From IMG/VR virus record IMGVR_UViG_3300028197_001221, positions 1-64,000 of that record: 64,000 nt of DNA; one strand, 5' to 3'. Origin of the DNA: a virus. The translations under genes and the position numbers were made by a program. A model generated the notes under the pieces. The model was not told where the DNA came from. It saw only the letters and a list, made by a program, of their open reading frames with translations, and did no database searches. The stretch's first letter is position 1, and each line of letters starts with the position of its first letter. This document shows positions 37,020-48,200 of this stretch, piece by piece.

Positions 37020-39134
37020 TTAAGAACTTGGTGGGTGTGGTGTAGCTTGAGTTGGAGCTGGGGATGGACCAACCGTTGATCCCACAACAGGCGTGACGTT
37101 TGGTGGTCGCGGCCCAACTGTTGGCAGGGTGGTAGGAGCCACAGTAGGTACAGTAGGCGCAGGTGACGGCGATGGTGACGGAGTCGGTGATACCGATGGA
37201 CTTGCTGATGGGGTTGGTGATACTGACGGGGTTGAACTTGATGATGATGATGATGATGATGACGACGATGATGACGATGAGGATGAGGATGAGGATGCTG
37301 TGGATGCTGTCGATGATGACGAAGATGAAGACGAAGATGAAGACGAAGAAGATGAAGTAGTAGCCTCAGAAATTTGGGGAGCTTGTATACCTTGAATAAA
37401 ACTACCCGCACCACCGTCTATGGAATCAGTCCAAAAAGCATACCCAAAAGCACCGCCTTCTTCACTATCTCCGCTGCTGTCATCACCTTGATCGCTGGCG
37501 CTCGCTATTCCCGTAAGTTCTGGTTTATCACCTTTAACAATCCTGCTTTCAACAATCTTGAGAAGTTCAGTACGCATAGAAGGACCAATCTTATTACAAC
37601 CCTTGGCAATTGATATTGTGTCTTCTAGAGGTGATGTCCAAGAAGTGGTAGCGTCAGGATAATCACCAGATATACCAATGTCTGCTGGTACGTTAAAACT
37701 TCCCGTCATAGTATTATAACCTTCAGGAAAAGATGGACCCCACCAAATCCCAAACTCATCAAAATCATCAAACCTGCTGCCTCCTCCTTCTAGACTAACT
37801 TCAACATTACATCTGTGTATAAAACCGTCTTCGCCTCCAAAACCTCCCCAACTAGATTTAGCCAAGTCAAAACTAGAGAGTTGTGCGTAAGGATTGAATT
37901 TTACTGTTGCAGCAGAATCATTATTCCATCTCTTTTTTATGTTAGCTAAAGCCATAGCGGGTGTCACTCTGCCGTAGGGGTCTGTTTTGTCTCGAAAAAA
38001 TTCGTCAGAGCTTGTTGTATACATCCAAAATGTCCAAGCTCCTAAACCTATAGCTCTTGTAGCCTGCACTGGTAGCTCTTGCTTTTCTAAGAACTTTTGT
38101 ATTATCCACTCTCCATCAATATGTGTACATAAAACTAAGAGACCAGCTTTAAATTCAATATCACTTCTATTAACAACTCTTATAGCTTCTAGTTTCTTTT
38201 TTTGACTACTCTCAGTAACGGCTTCTCCATCTTCATTAGTCTCGTCGGTGTCATTCTGTTGAGTTCCCGGTATTTGAATTAAATTAGGACCAAAAGCATT
38301 TGGATTACCAGATTTTACACTAAATGGAACTGCCAATCCAGTTGTAAAAGAAGAGTTATAATAATCACCACTAGTCGCATAAAAATCTCCGTCTGAATAA
38401 CCTGCTTCTAATTCCGTTTCGGTAATATTAAAATCGTCAACAGCTGCGGCCTGAACGTCTGTTATTAGTCTAGCTAATATTGGAGCGTTACTTTCAAAGC
38501 AACCAATAGATTCATTATAATGTATTTTTAGGGGAGCTGTTACCGCATGATTTTCGTCAATGTATCTATGTTGGATATCAATATAGGTTCCAACATGATT
38601 GCTACGATGTTCTTTTTGAGTATATCCATAAGAATACATGCCTCCAGTGCTTCTTCTAGGATTGTCTGTTATTAAAGGCGCTCCTTTTTCAGTTAAAACT
38701 CTAGAGTTACTATGAGTTCCAATGTCAAAGACATAGCACTTAACATCTCCAAAGTCAACGCAACCTCCAACGCTTTTCATTATGTCTAGCAATTGTCCAA
38801 ATTCTTGTTCATTATCAAAAGTATCATTATATGTTTCAAAGTTTTTTAATTGAGCAACTAAAACAGAGGAGCTGATAGTCCCATATACATATTCATCTCC
38901 ATTCCAATAACTGTAAGATCCAGAATCATCTCCACCACCATAAAGGACAGGATTATTGGAATTAGGATTAGGCGCACCACACTGTTTAGAAAATTCAGTT
39001 GTTTTAAATTCTAGAAAACCATCAACTGAAAAAGCACCCACTCCTTGATTTACAAGTTTTGAGTCTGAAAAAACAAATACATGATTATCGCCACTTTTTG
39101 AAAAAATGTTTCCTGAATTCACGACATCCTCCAA
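37020..39134 (-). CDS. probable virion protein with poly-Ser and Pro/Thr-rich C-terminal tail
   Basis: 704-aa ORF in tail module; low-complexity last ~115 aa. Confidence 0.65.
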   Translation of the reverse strand: MEDVVNSGNIFSKSGDNHVFVFSDSKLVNQGVGAFSVDGFLEFKTTEFSKQCGAPNPNSNNPVLYGGGDDSGSYSYWNGDEYVYGTISSSVLVAQLKNFETYNDTFDNEQEFGQLLDIMKSVGGCVDFGDVKCYVFDIGTHSNSRVLTEKGAPLITDNPRRSTGGMYSYGYTQKEHRSNHVGTYIDIQHRYIDENHAVTAPLKIHYNESIGCFESNAPILARLITDVQAAAVDDFNITETELEAGYSDGDFYATSGDYYNSSFTTGLAVPFSVKSGNPNAFGPNLIQIPGTQQNDTDETNEDGEAVTESSQKKKLEAIRVVNRSDIEFKAGLLVLCTHIDGEWIIQKFLEKQELPVQATRAIGLGAWTFWMYTTSSDEFFRDKTDPYGRVTPAMALANIKKRWNNDSAATVKFNPYAQLSSFDLAKSSWGGFGGEDGFIHRCNVEVSLEGGGSRFDDFDEFGIWWGPSFPEGYNTMTGSFNVPADIGISGDYPDATTSWTSPLEDTISIAKGCNKIGPSMRTELLKIVESRIVKGDKPELTGIASASDQGDDSSGDSEEGGAFGYAFWTDSIDGGAGSFIQGIQAPQISEATTSSSSSSSSSSSSSSSTASTASSSSSSSSSSSSSSSSSSSSSTPSVSPTPSASPSVSPTPSPSPSPAPTVPTVAPTTLPTVGPRPPNVTPVVGSTVGPSPAPTQATPHPPSS
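37234..37356 (-). repeat. Ser-codon trinucleotide repeat tract (TCN)n, includes perfect (GAT)7 on + strand at 37240-37260
   Basis: gatgatgat...gacgac...gaagat run. Confidence 0.9.
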
Positions 39135-42100
39135 TATGTAATTTGTTCCGTTGTGTAATCATCTTCAAATTCATAAAAATGTAAATTAGTTTTAAAATTT
39201 GTAGGATTTTTACTAGCCATGTTTTTATGTGGCTCTAGTGATGCTGGCTGTTTAAAATCTTCTAAAGAACACTGCACACTATTATAGTATTGACGAGATA
39301 AATTTTCAGTAGAATTTGCTAATTTTGGCAATCCAGCTTCTAAATCTTCACCACTTAAAACAGATGAACTGAACTGATTATTAGAATATACTCCTCCCGT
39401 AGATGGATTCTGGTCAGTTTTAGGACTAACACTAACCGTGAATTTATTAGGAGGAACAGCACTGGCTTGACTTTCTGCATTAGAAAAGTCTTTACCCATA
39501 GACATATAAGTGTCTCTAATAGTTTGTTGTATCTGATGGTAGTTTTGATTAGTTGAATTTTTACCCATATCTTTTCTTTCTAAAGCGTTCCTTTCATCTT
39601 CTAATTTTTGAGTAAGCCTTCCTATTCTAGATATTTTTTCTTGTTTAGATTTTAACATCTTGCCAAAAGATGCTGTAAACAAATCCATTTTATAAATGGT
39701 CTGTATTCCACCAGTACTAACATCTACATTTATGGAAGTAATTAAAGGACCGCCCTCACCCTCTAAGGGTTCACCTAGCATGTATCCACCCAGTGGGCCA
39801 CTAGCGAAAGTAATAGAACCTCTTTCAGATGTTATTTGATAAGAAGAGCCGAGTGTTGCTATAGTAGATCCAGCACTATTCATGTTTAGATATCCACCAT
39901 AATTCCAAGGCACTAAGCTTTCATCTTTTACAAATTCAACATTACCACCAATGTCACCATCTGGATTATCAATCGCATTATTCGTCAGCCAAGGCCCATA
40001 AGAATCGTTATGAGCTAATGGTATAGATGTTCTGTCTGGATAAACTGGAGATGGAGAAAATGTTCTTATTTTATTAGGAAGACTATATGTTAAATTTGAC
40101 ATACTTTTATTTATAGCTTTGTCAAAATTATCATTATTTAAAACTTCATCTGGCGCATCATCAGCAACTCCAAAATTTAACTTTTTTGTTGACCCAGTTT
40201 GGGCAGCGCCCGGTGACGAAAAAAGTGGAGTAACATCTGCCTGTAAAGCATGTTTTAATCCTAAGTTGCTATGCTCTTCGCAATTTCTATAAGCACTACT
40301 TCTAGTTGAAGCGACCCTAGAAGGTAGCGTTATCAAAGCATACACATTGTCAAGATTATACCTAAAATTTGGTTGAACCCGCTGATCTGTATGTAAATAA
40401 TCTAAGTTCATACAACTTGAAGTTATTGAACCCATCTGCTCTGATGTAACTGAGTATACAGTTTCCTCGGCAGGCTGATAGCTTTTTGTTTCACCCGTTT
40501 TAGCATCTACATATTTTATTGGTCTTCTTTCGTAAGACGAACTATCATAACCGCCGTAATAGGATCTGGCTACATCAGCACCAAACTCTGGAGTCATGTA
40601 AAATTTATTATCTAAAGTGCATTTAACAAACGCTGTACTTTGCTGACCCTCTTTAGGTTTGGCATAAAGGTTTGAGTATGAAGCAGTAATAGTATTATTT
40701 GTATCACTAGTATTGTCAAAACCAACAAAATCACTTTCATATTCTCCAGTTGCAGAATTGAAAATTTCTTGTGTAAAAGTATCTTTTGAAAAACCACTAA
40801 AATCTAAGTCTTGACTGTTATCAAATCTAGCGTAACAGAGAATTCTACCACTACTGCCTGATATAGATTTCATGTCATTAGGCAGTATGTGTATTTTATT
40901 TAAATTTGTCATTGTGTCCCTAGGAGGATAACCACCAAGGGGTTCTGGATTATAATTATATTTAAATTGATTTGTTACAGGGTCTTTGTTAACCTTTAAC
41001 TTTAAATCTGATGGAAAAGTAAAATTTCTCTCGCCCGATTCTCCTGAATATGACGACAATGAAGAAAAATCATTTTCACGGTCTTGCGCACTGGTTTGCG
41101 GAAGTCGTATTAAAAACTTTTTACCTAAACACTCTCTAGCTATACTGTTAACAAAATTATAAACACGTTGAGCATTAGCTACTCCTCTTTTTCCTACCGC
41201 TTGAGCTTGAGCGTTATACGCTATAGCAGTTTCATTTGCGTGTTCTATGAATGAAAAATTACCGCTCTTTAAAGCGTTCTTTATTTTTTTATAAAAATCT
41301 TTTTCTTGCTGAGTTAAAAAGCTAGTGTTCATATCTTCTAACCTGTCCAACGCAGCATCTATCATTACAGAGGTTCTGCCAGTTTCTCCATTGGCAACAC
41401 CTCCAGTTATACTCATAATTTTAGTATTAAAAGCTTGAGACGACACAACGCTACCAGCAGCAAAACCTATAGAAGAAGCTCTTCTGTAATACAGTGGAAA
41501 CCCATAAGGTGGATGACAAGGATTTTTACCAATTCCACCTAAGAAAGCATTTTCTTTATTAATTGGTGGAATTGCACATCTTGGAACTGTTACTTTGTAT
41601 GAAGATTCTCCATCAGCATAAGTCTTAATGTCGCCATCAGATATTGGTTCCATCCATAGTTGTTCGTAATATAATAAAAAACTTCTCCAAGTTTGATAAT
41701 CTTTTAAGGCGGCTCTCATTTCCATCTCTGTAGCAATGTAATAGTTACCAACACCTTCAGCGTAAAAACCAGTTGCATCCAACATTATTTGTTGATAATC
41801 TCCATCACCCACTGGAACAGTAACGCCTCTATTATTTATTAATCCATAATAAGGCATTATGTTAGAATTCAAAAGATTGTCAGGTTTCCAAGTTTGCATA
41901 TTGTCGATAGCGTTTCTTTCAACACTACCGTGTTTAACAGTATGATTTTCTACCACGTTGCCACCAACAACAAATTTGTCAGTCGTGCTATTATTAACTT
42001 CATATCCTAAGTCACTAGATTTAACGGCTACACTTAATGATTCTAAATAAGTTATAAACTTTCTTATAGAATTTAAGTTATAAGGAACGCTTCTGTCTTG

Positions 42101-43240
42101 TGTTATTATTTTTATTACTCCTGCTGGATCTCCATCAGTACCCATTTTACTAGTACCCGGATGATCTAAACACGGCAAAAGAACAACTAACATTTCATGA
42201 TTTAATTCATCACATATTTCTTGAATAAAATCTAATAATGATATACTATCATAGTCTACATATTTAATGGGGGGCAACAAAGGAACATCACTAAGATCAA
42301 CTGCATAATTTAAATTTCTAAACTTTACAGTACCACCAAAACCTTGTAGAGCTTCGGGCAGTATTCCGTAATGACCAAACAAAGCGTTAATTCCTTGCGT
42401 GATTCTATAAAAAGGTATGCCCCTTTCGTTTCTTCTGGAAAAACCAGTTCCCGTGTAAGGTCTAGGGTTAAAACCATCATCACCATATTTACTTGCCTTG
42501 GAAGCATTTATTGAATTAAATCTAAAACCAAAAATTTGTTCAAAAGAACCAGCTTCAAAGCCCGGAACCCCATCCATATCGCAACCTTCTAAATCACCGA
42601 TTTCTACATCTGTTCCATCAGTGTATATACTGTCGCTAGTTTTTCGCAATCTATTACTGGCGGGGTCTTTAATATCGTCATTAGTATCATCGGTATTCTG
42701 TTCAAGAAATCCAAACACATTTAAAATATTTGATTGACCTTGATTAGTACCTGAAAAATTATTTAAAATTAACTTCACATTTGAAAGTATTTCTCTAGGA
42801 TCTGTTAGTGATACAGAAAATAAAGGCAGTCCGTCTGGGGATTTAGTTCTTACAAAAGATTGTAATATACCGCCAAAAAGAAAATGATTTTTATCTACAC
42901 TACTTGCTGTATTCCTATTATAATAAACATCTAACATGTGTCTATAAACAGAAGTGATTGGTCTAAACTGACTACCCATAGAGAAAAATACAGGACTGCC
43001 AGCAGGAGGTGGAGCAAAATCGTCTCCTTGACCAGTATGATAAACATCTTGACCGTTTCCTTTTCCAGAGCCGTCCCCTACATTATCTGGATCTACAACA
43101 AGTTCTACATTTAAAGTAGAAGAAGTATCGCCAAAACCAGCATTAGCAGAAAAAGATCTAACAGAAGCTCCTAAAAAGGTCTGTTGATCTATATGCATAG
43201 AAGGATAACTAGCAAATGATTCAAATTCATTAGTTGGCAT
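39119..43240 (-). CDS. large tail/baseplate hub-like virion protein
   Basis: 1373 aa, downstream of TMP; N-terminal SSTLNVELV and C-terminal ITSINVDVSTGGIQTIY strands followed by coiled coil. Confidence 0.55.
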   Translation of the reverse strand: MPTNEFESFASYPSMHIDQQTFLGASVRSFSANAGFGDTSSTLNVELVVDPDNVGDGSGKGNGQDVYHTGQGDDFAPPPAGSPVFFSMGSQFRPITSVYRHMLDVYYNRNTASSVDKNHFLFGGILQSFVRTKSPDGLPLFSVSLTDPREILSNVKLILNNFSGTNQGQSNILNVFGFLEQNTDDTNDDIKDPASNRLRKTSDSIYTDGTDVEIGDLEGCDMDGVPGFEAGSFEQIFGFRFNSINASKASKYGDDGFNPRPYTGTGFSRRNERGIPFYRITQGINALFGHYGILPEALQGFGGTVKFRNLNYAVDLSDVPLLPPIKYVDYDSISLLDFIQEICDELNHEMLVVLLPCLDHPGTSKMGTDGDPAGVIKIITQDRSVPYNLNSIRKFITYLESLSVAVKSSDLGYEVNNSTTDKFVVGGNVVENHTVKHGSVERNAIDNMQTWKPDNLLNSNIMPYYGLINNRGVTVPVGDGDYQQIMLDATGFYAEGVGNYYIATEMEMRAALKDYQTWRSFLLYYEQLWMEPISDGDIKTYADGESSYKVTVPRCAIPPINKENAFLGGIGKNPCHPPYGFPLYYRRASSIGFAAGSVVSSQAFNTKIMSITGGVANGETGRTSVMIDAALDRLEDMNTSFLTQQEKDFYKKIKNALKSGNFSFIEHANETAIAYNAQAQAVGKRGVANAQRVYNFVNSIARECLGKKFLIRLPQTSAQDRENDFSSLSSYSGESGERNFTFPSDLKLKVNKDPVTNQFKYNYNPEPLGGYPPRDTMTNLNKIHILPNDMKSISGSSGRILCYARFDNSQDLDFSGFSKDTFTQEIFNSATGEYESDFVGFDNTSDTNNTITASYSNLYAKPKEGQQSTAFVKCTLDNKFYMTPEFGADVARSYYGGYDSSSYERRPIKYVDAKTGETKSYQPAEETVYSVTSEQMGSITSSCMNLDYLHTDQRVQPNFRYNLDNVYALITLPSRVASTRSSAYRNCEEHSNLGLKHALQADVTPLFSSPGAAQTGSTKKLNFGVADDAPDEVLNNDNFDKAINKSMSNLTYSLPNKIRTFSPSPVYPDRTSIPLAHNDSYGPWLTNNAIDNPDGDIGGNVEFVKDESLVPWNYGGYLNMNSAGSTIATLGSSYQITSERGSITFASGPLGGYMLGEPLEGEGGPLITSINVDVSTGGIQTIYKMDLFTASFGKMLKSKQEKISRIGRLTQKLEDERNALERKDMGKNSTNQNYHQIQQTIRDTYMSMGKDFSNAESQASAVPPNKFTVSVSPKTDQNPSTGGVYSNNQFSSSVLSGEDLEAGLPKLANSTENLSRQYYNSVQCSLEDFKQPASLEPHKNMASKNPTNFKTNLHFYEFEDDYTTEQITYWRMS

Positions 43241-43260
43241 AATGTTTTCCTAATTTAATC

Positions 43261-43722
43261 TTAATAAGGAGAGTATGGAGAAACGTCTCTCTTGTTTCTA
43301 GTCCACGGAACGTTTTGAGTTGCAAGTGTAGGATCATCATCTAGGGAAGTAGTTGTAGAACCAGTTACTGGGAGCAGCGAACTTCCCCCCTCAGACGAGC
43401 CAGAATAATGTATATAACTACTGTGATTAAGATCTACTTTTACTGAGGTGTGCGCTGTAGATATTGTAGGATAATAAGTCCTTACAAATCTACCACCATT
43501 ACCAAATTTTGTCACATCAAATATAGTACCCCCAGCAGAACTATTTTGTTTATTACGTATATCTGGATTGTATAATACAGAATCAAGAGGTTTAGATGCT
43601 CTAACAATCCCTATATTATACTTGCTTGAATCAGTAATAACATTAAGATATTGTGGAGTATATGCAATTCCACCTAAAATATTATTAAGACTACCAAAAG
43701 TATTAGAATTATATTCTGACAT
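43261..43722 (-). CDS. hypothetical virion-module protein
   Basis: TAATG-coupled to upstream gene. Confidence 0.55.
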   Translation of the reverse strand: MSEYNSNTFGSLNNILGGIAYTPQYLNVITDSSKYNIGIVRASKPLDSVLYNPDIRNKQNSSAGGTIFDVTKFGNGGRFVRTYYPTISTAHTSVKVDLNHSSYIHYSGSSEGGSSLLPVTGSTTTSLDDDPTLATQNVPWTRNKRDVSPYSPY

Positions 43723-45257
43723 TATTTATAAACCCATTCTAAAGTTAAAGAATATCTACCATCTAGTGGAGACCAGCTTTCTGAGGGAGGGCTTAAGTAC
43801 CAAGTTGAAGCACTATTGGTGGAAGGTTCGTATGATTCTATTAACCCTCTTAAAGTAGATTTATAAGGCTCTGTTCTACTTGGAGATCCAACTAAACTAT
43901 TTCCACTATAACCAATATTTTTAAAATCAAATTGAATATCTATACTTAAACTTCTTCTATATTCAGTTCTGCCAAAAGTAAACTGTAAGATAGGTCCGGT
44001 GCTACCACCTATAACTGGTATCACAGCATATTGATCTCCGGGCGATGTGTCAGAGACTGTTACATTTTCTGAAATAGCGTTTACAAAGTAATTTGTAGGT
44101 CTATTGTCATAGCTAGCACTGTAGGTGACTTCGCCTGTAATTTCATTTGCTGATACGCTAACTGATAAAGGTCTTGCATTTAAAGTTATACCAACCGCAC
44201 TATTAGCTCTTCTATACATTTCACTAGCTATGCCACAAGCACCGCCATTAGATATAGTACTCCACTTAGACTGAGCGTTTGATATAGGAGAGTCGCTTGC
44301 GTTAGCGTTTGATGTATCCCACTCGTTATCTTGTTCCCAATATGAAATTCCTTTTATAGTACCATTTACGGATGCTCCAACAAAGGGATTGCTTGCGTCA
44401 TCGCTTGATGAAATTTCAAAAGTTTCTATAGCTTGCGTAAATCCTTTAATTAATACAAACGTATCTGTATAAGTAGCAGATCCAGAAGCTTTATCTATTG
44501 ATATTACTCTAGAGTGATCAGCTGCAAATTGATTTGTTGTTCCGACAGATGCAGACCCTAAGAAAGAACTAATCCCCTTATAAACATTTGTACCAGTACC
44601 TAAAAACTGATATATATAATTATTAGCTTGTTCCCAAGCAGCTAAACCACTATTACGCTTGGATGTATTAGAGGTGTCTACCGCAGACCCAGTAGCCGTC
44701 ACAGTTCTAACAAGTCTTTGTATTCTTGGAAAAGTGGCACTCCCCGCAGCATTTGTATAACCAAAACTTTCATCTGGAGTTATTTCAAAAGTTTCGTTAA
44801 AATCTTCTAGATTATAATTTGCGAGTGATGGAGATTGAGCTAATGTATCAGCATCAAAATGCAACCCTCTCTCATCAGAATTTTCTTTAGTAGCATTTAT
44901 TGTGATAGTATACGCACACGTATTTACATATATACCTTCTTGAAAATCTATAGACTGAACAGTTAGCCCACTATACACCATAGCGCCTACTGTTAATTGA
45001 TTAGATTTATGAACTAATTTTGTAATTGCTTTTTGAATACTTATTATTTTAGATGCGCCTTCTCCAGTTACACCTCCACCGCCAGAAATTATTGTGTCTT
45101 TGCTGCCCGCACCAACTAGTATAGTTCCAACTAAAGTTATAGTGTGACTTTTTCCAAAGTGAATAAGTTTGTTTTCTAAGGGTGAACTAGATATAGAAAC
45201 CAAAGGAACTGGATTATATATTTGCCCTCCATCAAAAACTATTGCTGGTGTTGACAT
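43722..45257 (-). CDS. probable tail protein
   Basis: beta-rich S/T/G composition, AAGGA RBS, tail module context. Confidence 0.55.
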   Translation of the reverse strand: MSTPAIVFDGGQIYNPVPLVSISSSPLENKLIHFGKSHTITLVGTILVGAGSKDTIISGGGGVTGEGASKIISIQKAITKLVHKSNQLTVGAMVYSGLTVQSIDFQEGIYVNTCAYTITINATKENSDERGLHFDADTLAQSPSLANYNLEDFNETFEITPDESFGYTNAAGSATFPRIQRLVRTVTATGSAVDTSNTSKRNSGLAAWEQANNYIYQFLGTGTNVYKGISSFLGSASVGTTNQFAADHSRVISIDKASGSATYTDTFVLIKGFTQAIETFEISSSDDASNPFVGASVNGTIKGISYWEQDNEWDTSNANASDSPISNAQSKWSTISNGGACGIASEMYRRANSAVGITLNARPLSVSVSANEITGEVTYSASYDNRPTNYFVNAISENVTVSDTSPGDQYAVIPVIGGSTGPILQFTFGRTEYRRSLSIDIQFDFKNIGYSGNSLVGSPSRTEPYKSTLRGLIESYEPSTNSASTWYLSPPSESWSPLDGRYSLTLEWVYK

Positions 45258-45290
45258 TTTTTATTTTCCTTATGTATTTTATTAAAAGGG

Positions 45291-48200
45291 TTATACTTGG
45301 AAGTGACCCTTAGTATGTAAAATCATTTCATCTACGCCGGATGCTGAAGTTTCAACGTGCATATTTAATGGATCGCCAGAATTATTGATACTCTCCATTA
45401 CACTTCCTGATATAGAAAGATTAAAAATATCATCTCCAGAATTATCGGCTATTCCTAAAACGCCAAAGGTATTCAACCTTAGTTCTATATCATTATACAC
45501 ATTTCCTATACCGGAAGGTTTAATGAGATTCATACTAGAAGACGTAGAAGGAGGCTTTCCGCTTATGAATAATCTATTATATCCTGCCAAAAATGTTCCA
45601 AAGTAATAAGCTCCATGAATTTGTTCAATAAATGGCCTGTGGGACACATATCCCTTTGGATTAGAATCTTGTCCTGAAGCTTCTATAAATATTTCACCCT
45701 TTTCGTTAGCATATACTAAGCCTTCTTTATATAGGCTGTGGTTTGTTTTTGTGCCATTCTTGAAATCAAACAGAAGGTATTTTTCATGATCTTGTACGTT
45801 CATGCTTCCGAATATTCTGCCAGCTAAATTTGTGTCTGGATGAGAAAAGGAAGGAGCTTGTCTTCTAAGCATTGCGTCATAGTTGTAAACAGCTCCACCA
45901 GAAGATAGTATTTGAGACGAGATTCCAGAACCATAAGAATGAGAAGGGCTACCTACTACCAATGTATAATCTTGATCGGATCTAGCGTTTCTGTCTAGAG
46001 CAACAGATCTTCCAAAGAAATCATTTTCATTTACAGAGTTGTAACCTTGAGGTATAAGCTTCTGTATATATACCCAATCTTGTCTCTTTGATCCCCAATC
46101 CGAAATTTTATTTTCATAAGTATAAACTGCTCCCTGATTTCCTGAGCCACCAATGTCAAAATCATTTTTGTCTATTTGTGTTACATCAAATTGATCATTA
46201 AATTCTTTTCTAACAAATTCTCCAGAAGCTCCCACATCAGCTGTTTTTGTTATGCTGGCAGTTCCATCGTGAGACGGTGCTGATATAGCTATTACATCAC
46301 CATCAATATCAAAGGACATGCCGAATTGATCACCAGCATTCAATGTGTCTGGTCTAAATTTCCCAGTACATGACCAAGCCGTTTGAACTGATGAATTAAC
46401 AGATACTTGATTATAATCTCTAGTAAATTTATAGACAGATCCAGCACCACCGTCATGTCCTAACTCAGCGTTTAACATAGGTGTATTTGGAGAGTTATTT
46501 ATAACTTCATTCCAAGACGTAATGTTTTCTCCAGAAAAAGCAGCGAAAGGTGCAGAGATGTAAACTTCACCTTTATGTATCTTTACCTTGTACCCAAACA
46601 AGTCGCCGGGATACCCAGATATATGAGGTTGCATTTCATGAAAATCTAAAAAGTCATATCCAAATGTTTCCATTAAGGAGTTACGACCTTCTCCATAGCC
46701 ATTGTCTTCATATGTTACACCGTCAATATCAACCTTAAATCTACACCAAGTTCCCATAGAAACCATGTCTCCAGAGAATGCAGCTATTCTTCCAAGTCTT
46801 GCTCTTTCTATGGCAACATCATCAACTGGTGGCATTGGATTTTTATATGTCTGGTAACTTGGAGAGACAGCCTTTGCTGGTTCAAGTGGAGCAATCCAAG
46901 CTCTACTTGGAAAATCTATGGAAGCTTCATCATTACCAAACCGGCTCGGATCTTTAATAGAATTCTGAGCATAACCTCCAAAGAGATTGTTAAACCCACT
47001 ATTAATTTCAGAACTCATTAATTTAGCAGGACTAGTTTTTTCTGGAGAAACAATTTTTAACACATTTTCATATATTAAACTTCCCCCGTATTCGTCTTCG
47101 TAATAAACCTCAGATTCTTGACTCCTATAATCCGCTGGATATAGACTTCTTAAAAATTCTATAACATCTCCATTAATCCAATTATCTCTGTCAGGCAGTC
47201 TAACATTACTTCCTTGAATTAAGCTGGCATCACTAATAACTGTAATTCTAGACTTTGCAGCACCAGTTAGGAAAGGTCTCTGATGATAAATTTCTTGTGC
47301 AGCTGTAACTGGACCGTCACGAAGCTCTGGGCCGGGAGTTCCAAAACCTTCTTCGCTACTACAAAAATCAGTTGGGCAATATTTACTACTATCAGAACTA
47401 ATTTCTTGTATTAATTCTTGAGTAGTAGTAGAAGCAGGAGTCCCTTCAGAAAACAATTCTGTTCTGAAACTGGTAATTGGCCTCCGTACAGTTGTAACTT
47501 CAGTTCCTAGCTTGACTCCAGACATACCTATCAATCTTTGAGTATATGTTGATTCTGGATCATTTTTTTCATAGCCAAAATAATCACCCTGTATGTATAC
47601 GGATATACTAGAAATGCCAGACGGAACGGTAAAGTCCATATGATGCGTATATTCTATTCCTCCATAATTTTCTATAGGCCACTCACCTTCACCTAGATTT
47701 GATCCGACCTCATCCGGATTTTGCCTTCCAGCGCTTTGTCTTACTCCACTTTTGATGTCTGCAACTGTTTGCCAATAATCTCTCCCGTAAACTAATGGGT
47801 CTGATATTTCATGCAACCTATCACTGGATGTTGTTTCTATTCGTACACCAGCATTAACATTGCTAACATAAACACCAAGAACTCGCCCCTCAGAAAAACG
47901 TTCAGATGCAAAAGTTGCAAAAAATCTATAACTTTCTTCAGCCTCTACTGGGAAATCAACCCTCGCAGTACCTGTTCTCATAAAGGCAGTTCCAGTGTCA
48001 GCAGTTCTTTTATCAACAATTTTTACATTATAATATAGCAGAGTATTAACAGCGAAAATATTTTCAAAACAAACTGTCAAATATCTATCAATGTGGGAAT
48101 CGTTTACTTCACGTAGACGAGAAAGTTCTCCCCTCTTACCATCTATAAAGTCAGTATTAAACCGATTGAGACTAATATTATCTATTTTAGTGCTACCACG

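Noticed and set aside
37010-37414. Poly-His (-), poly-Asp/Glu (+) and poly-Met (+) ORFs
   Set aside because: Alternate-frame shadows of the poly-Ser tract; variation falls at Ser third positions and no RBS is evident.
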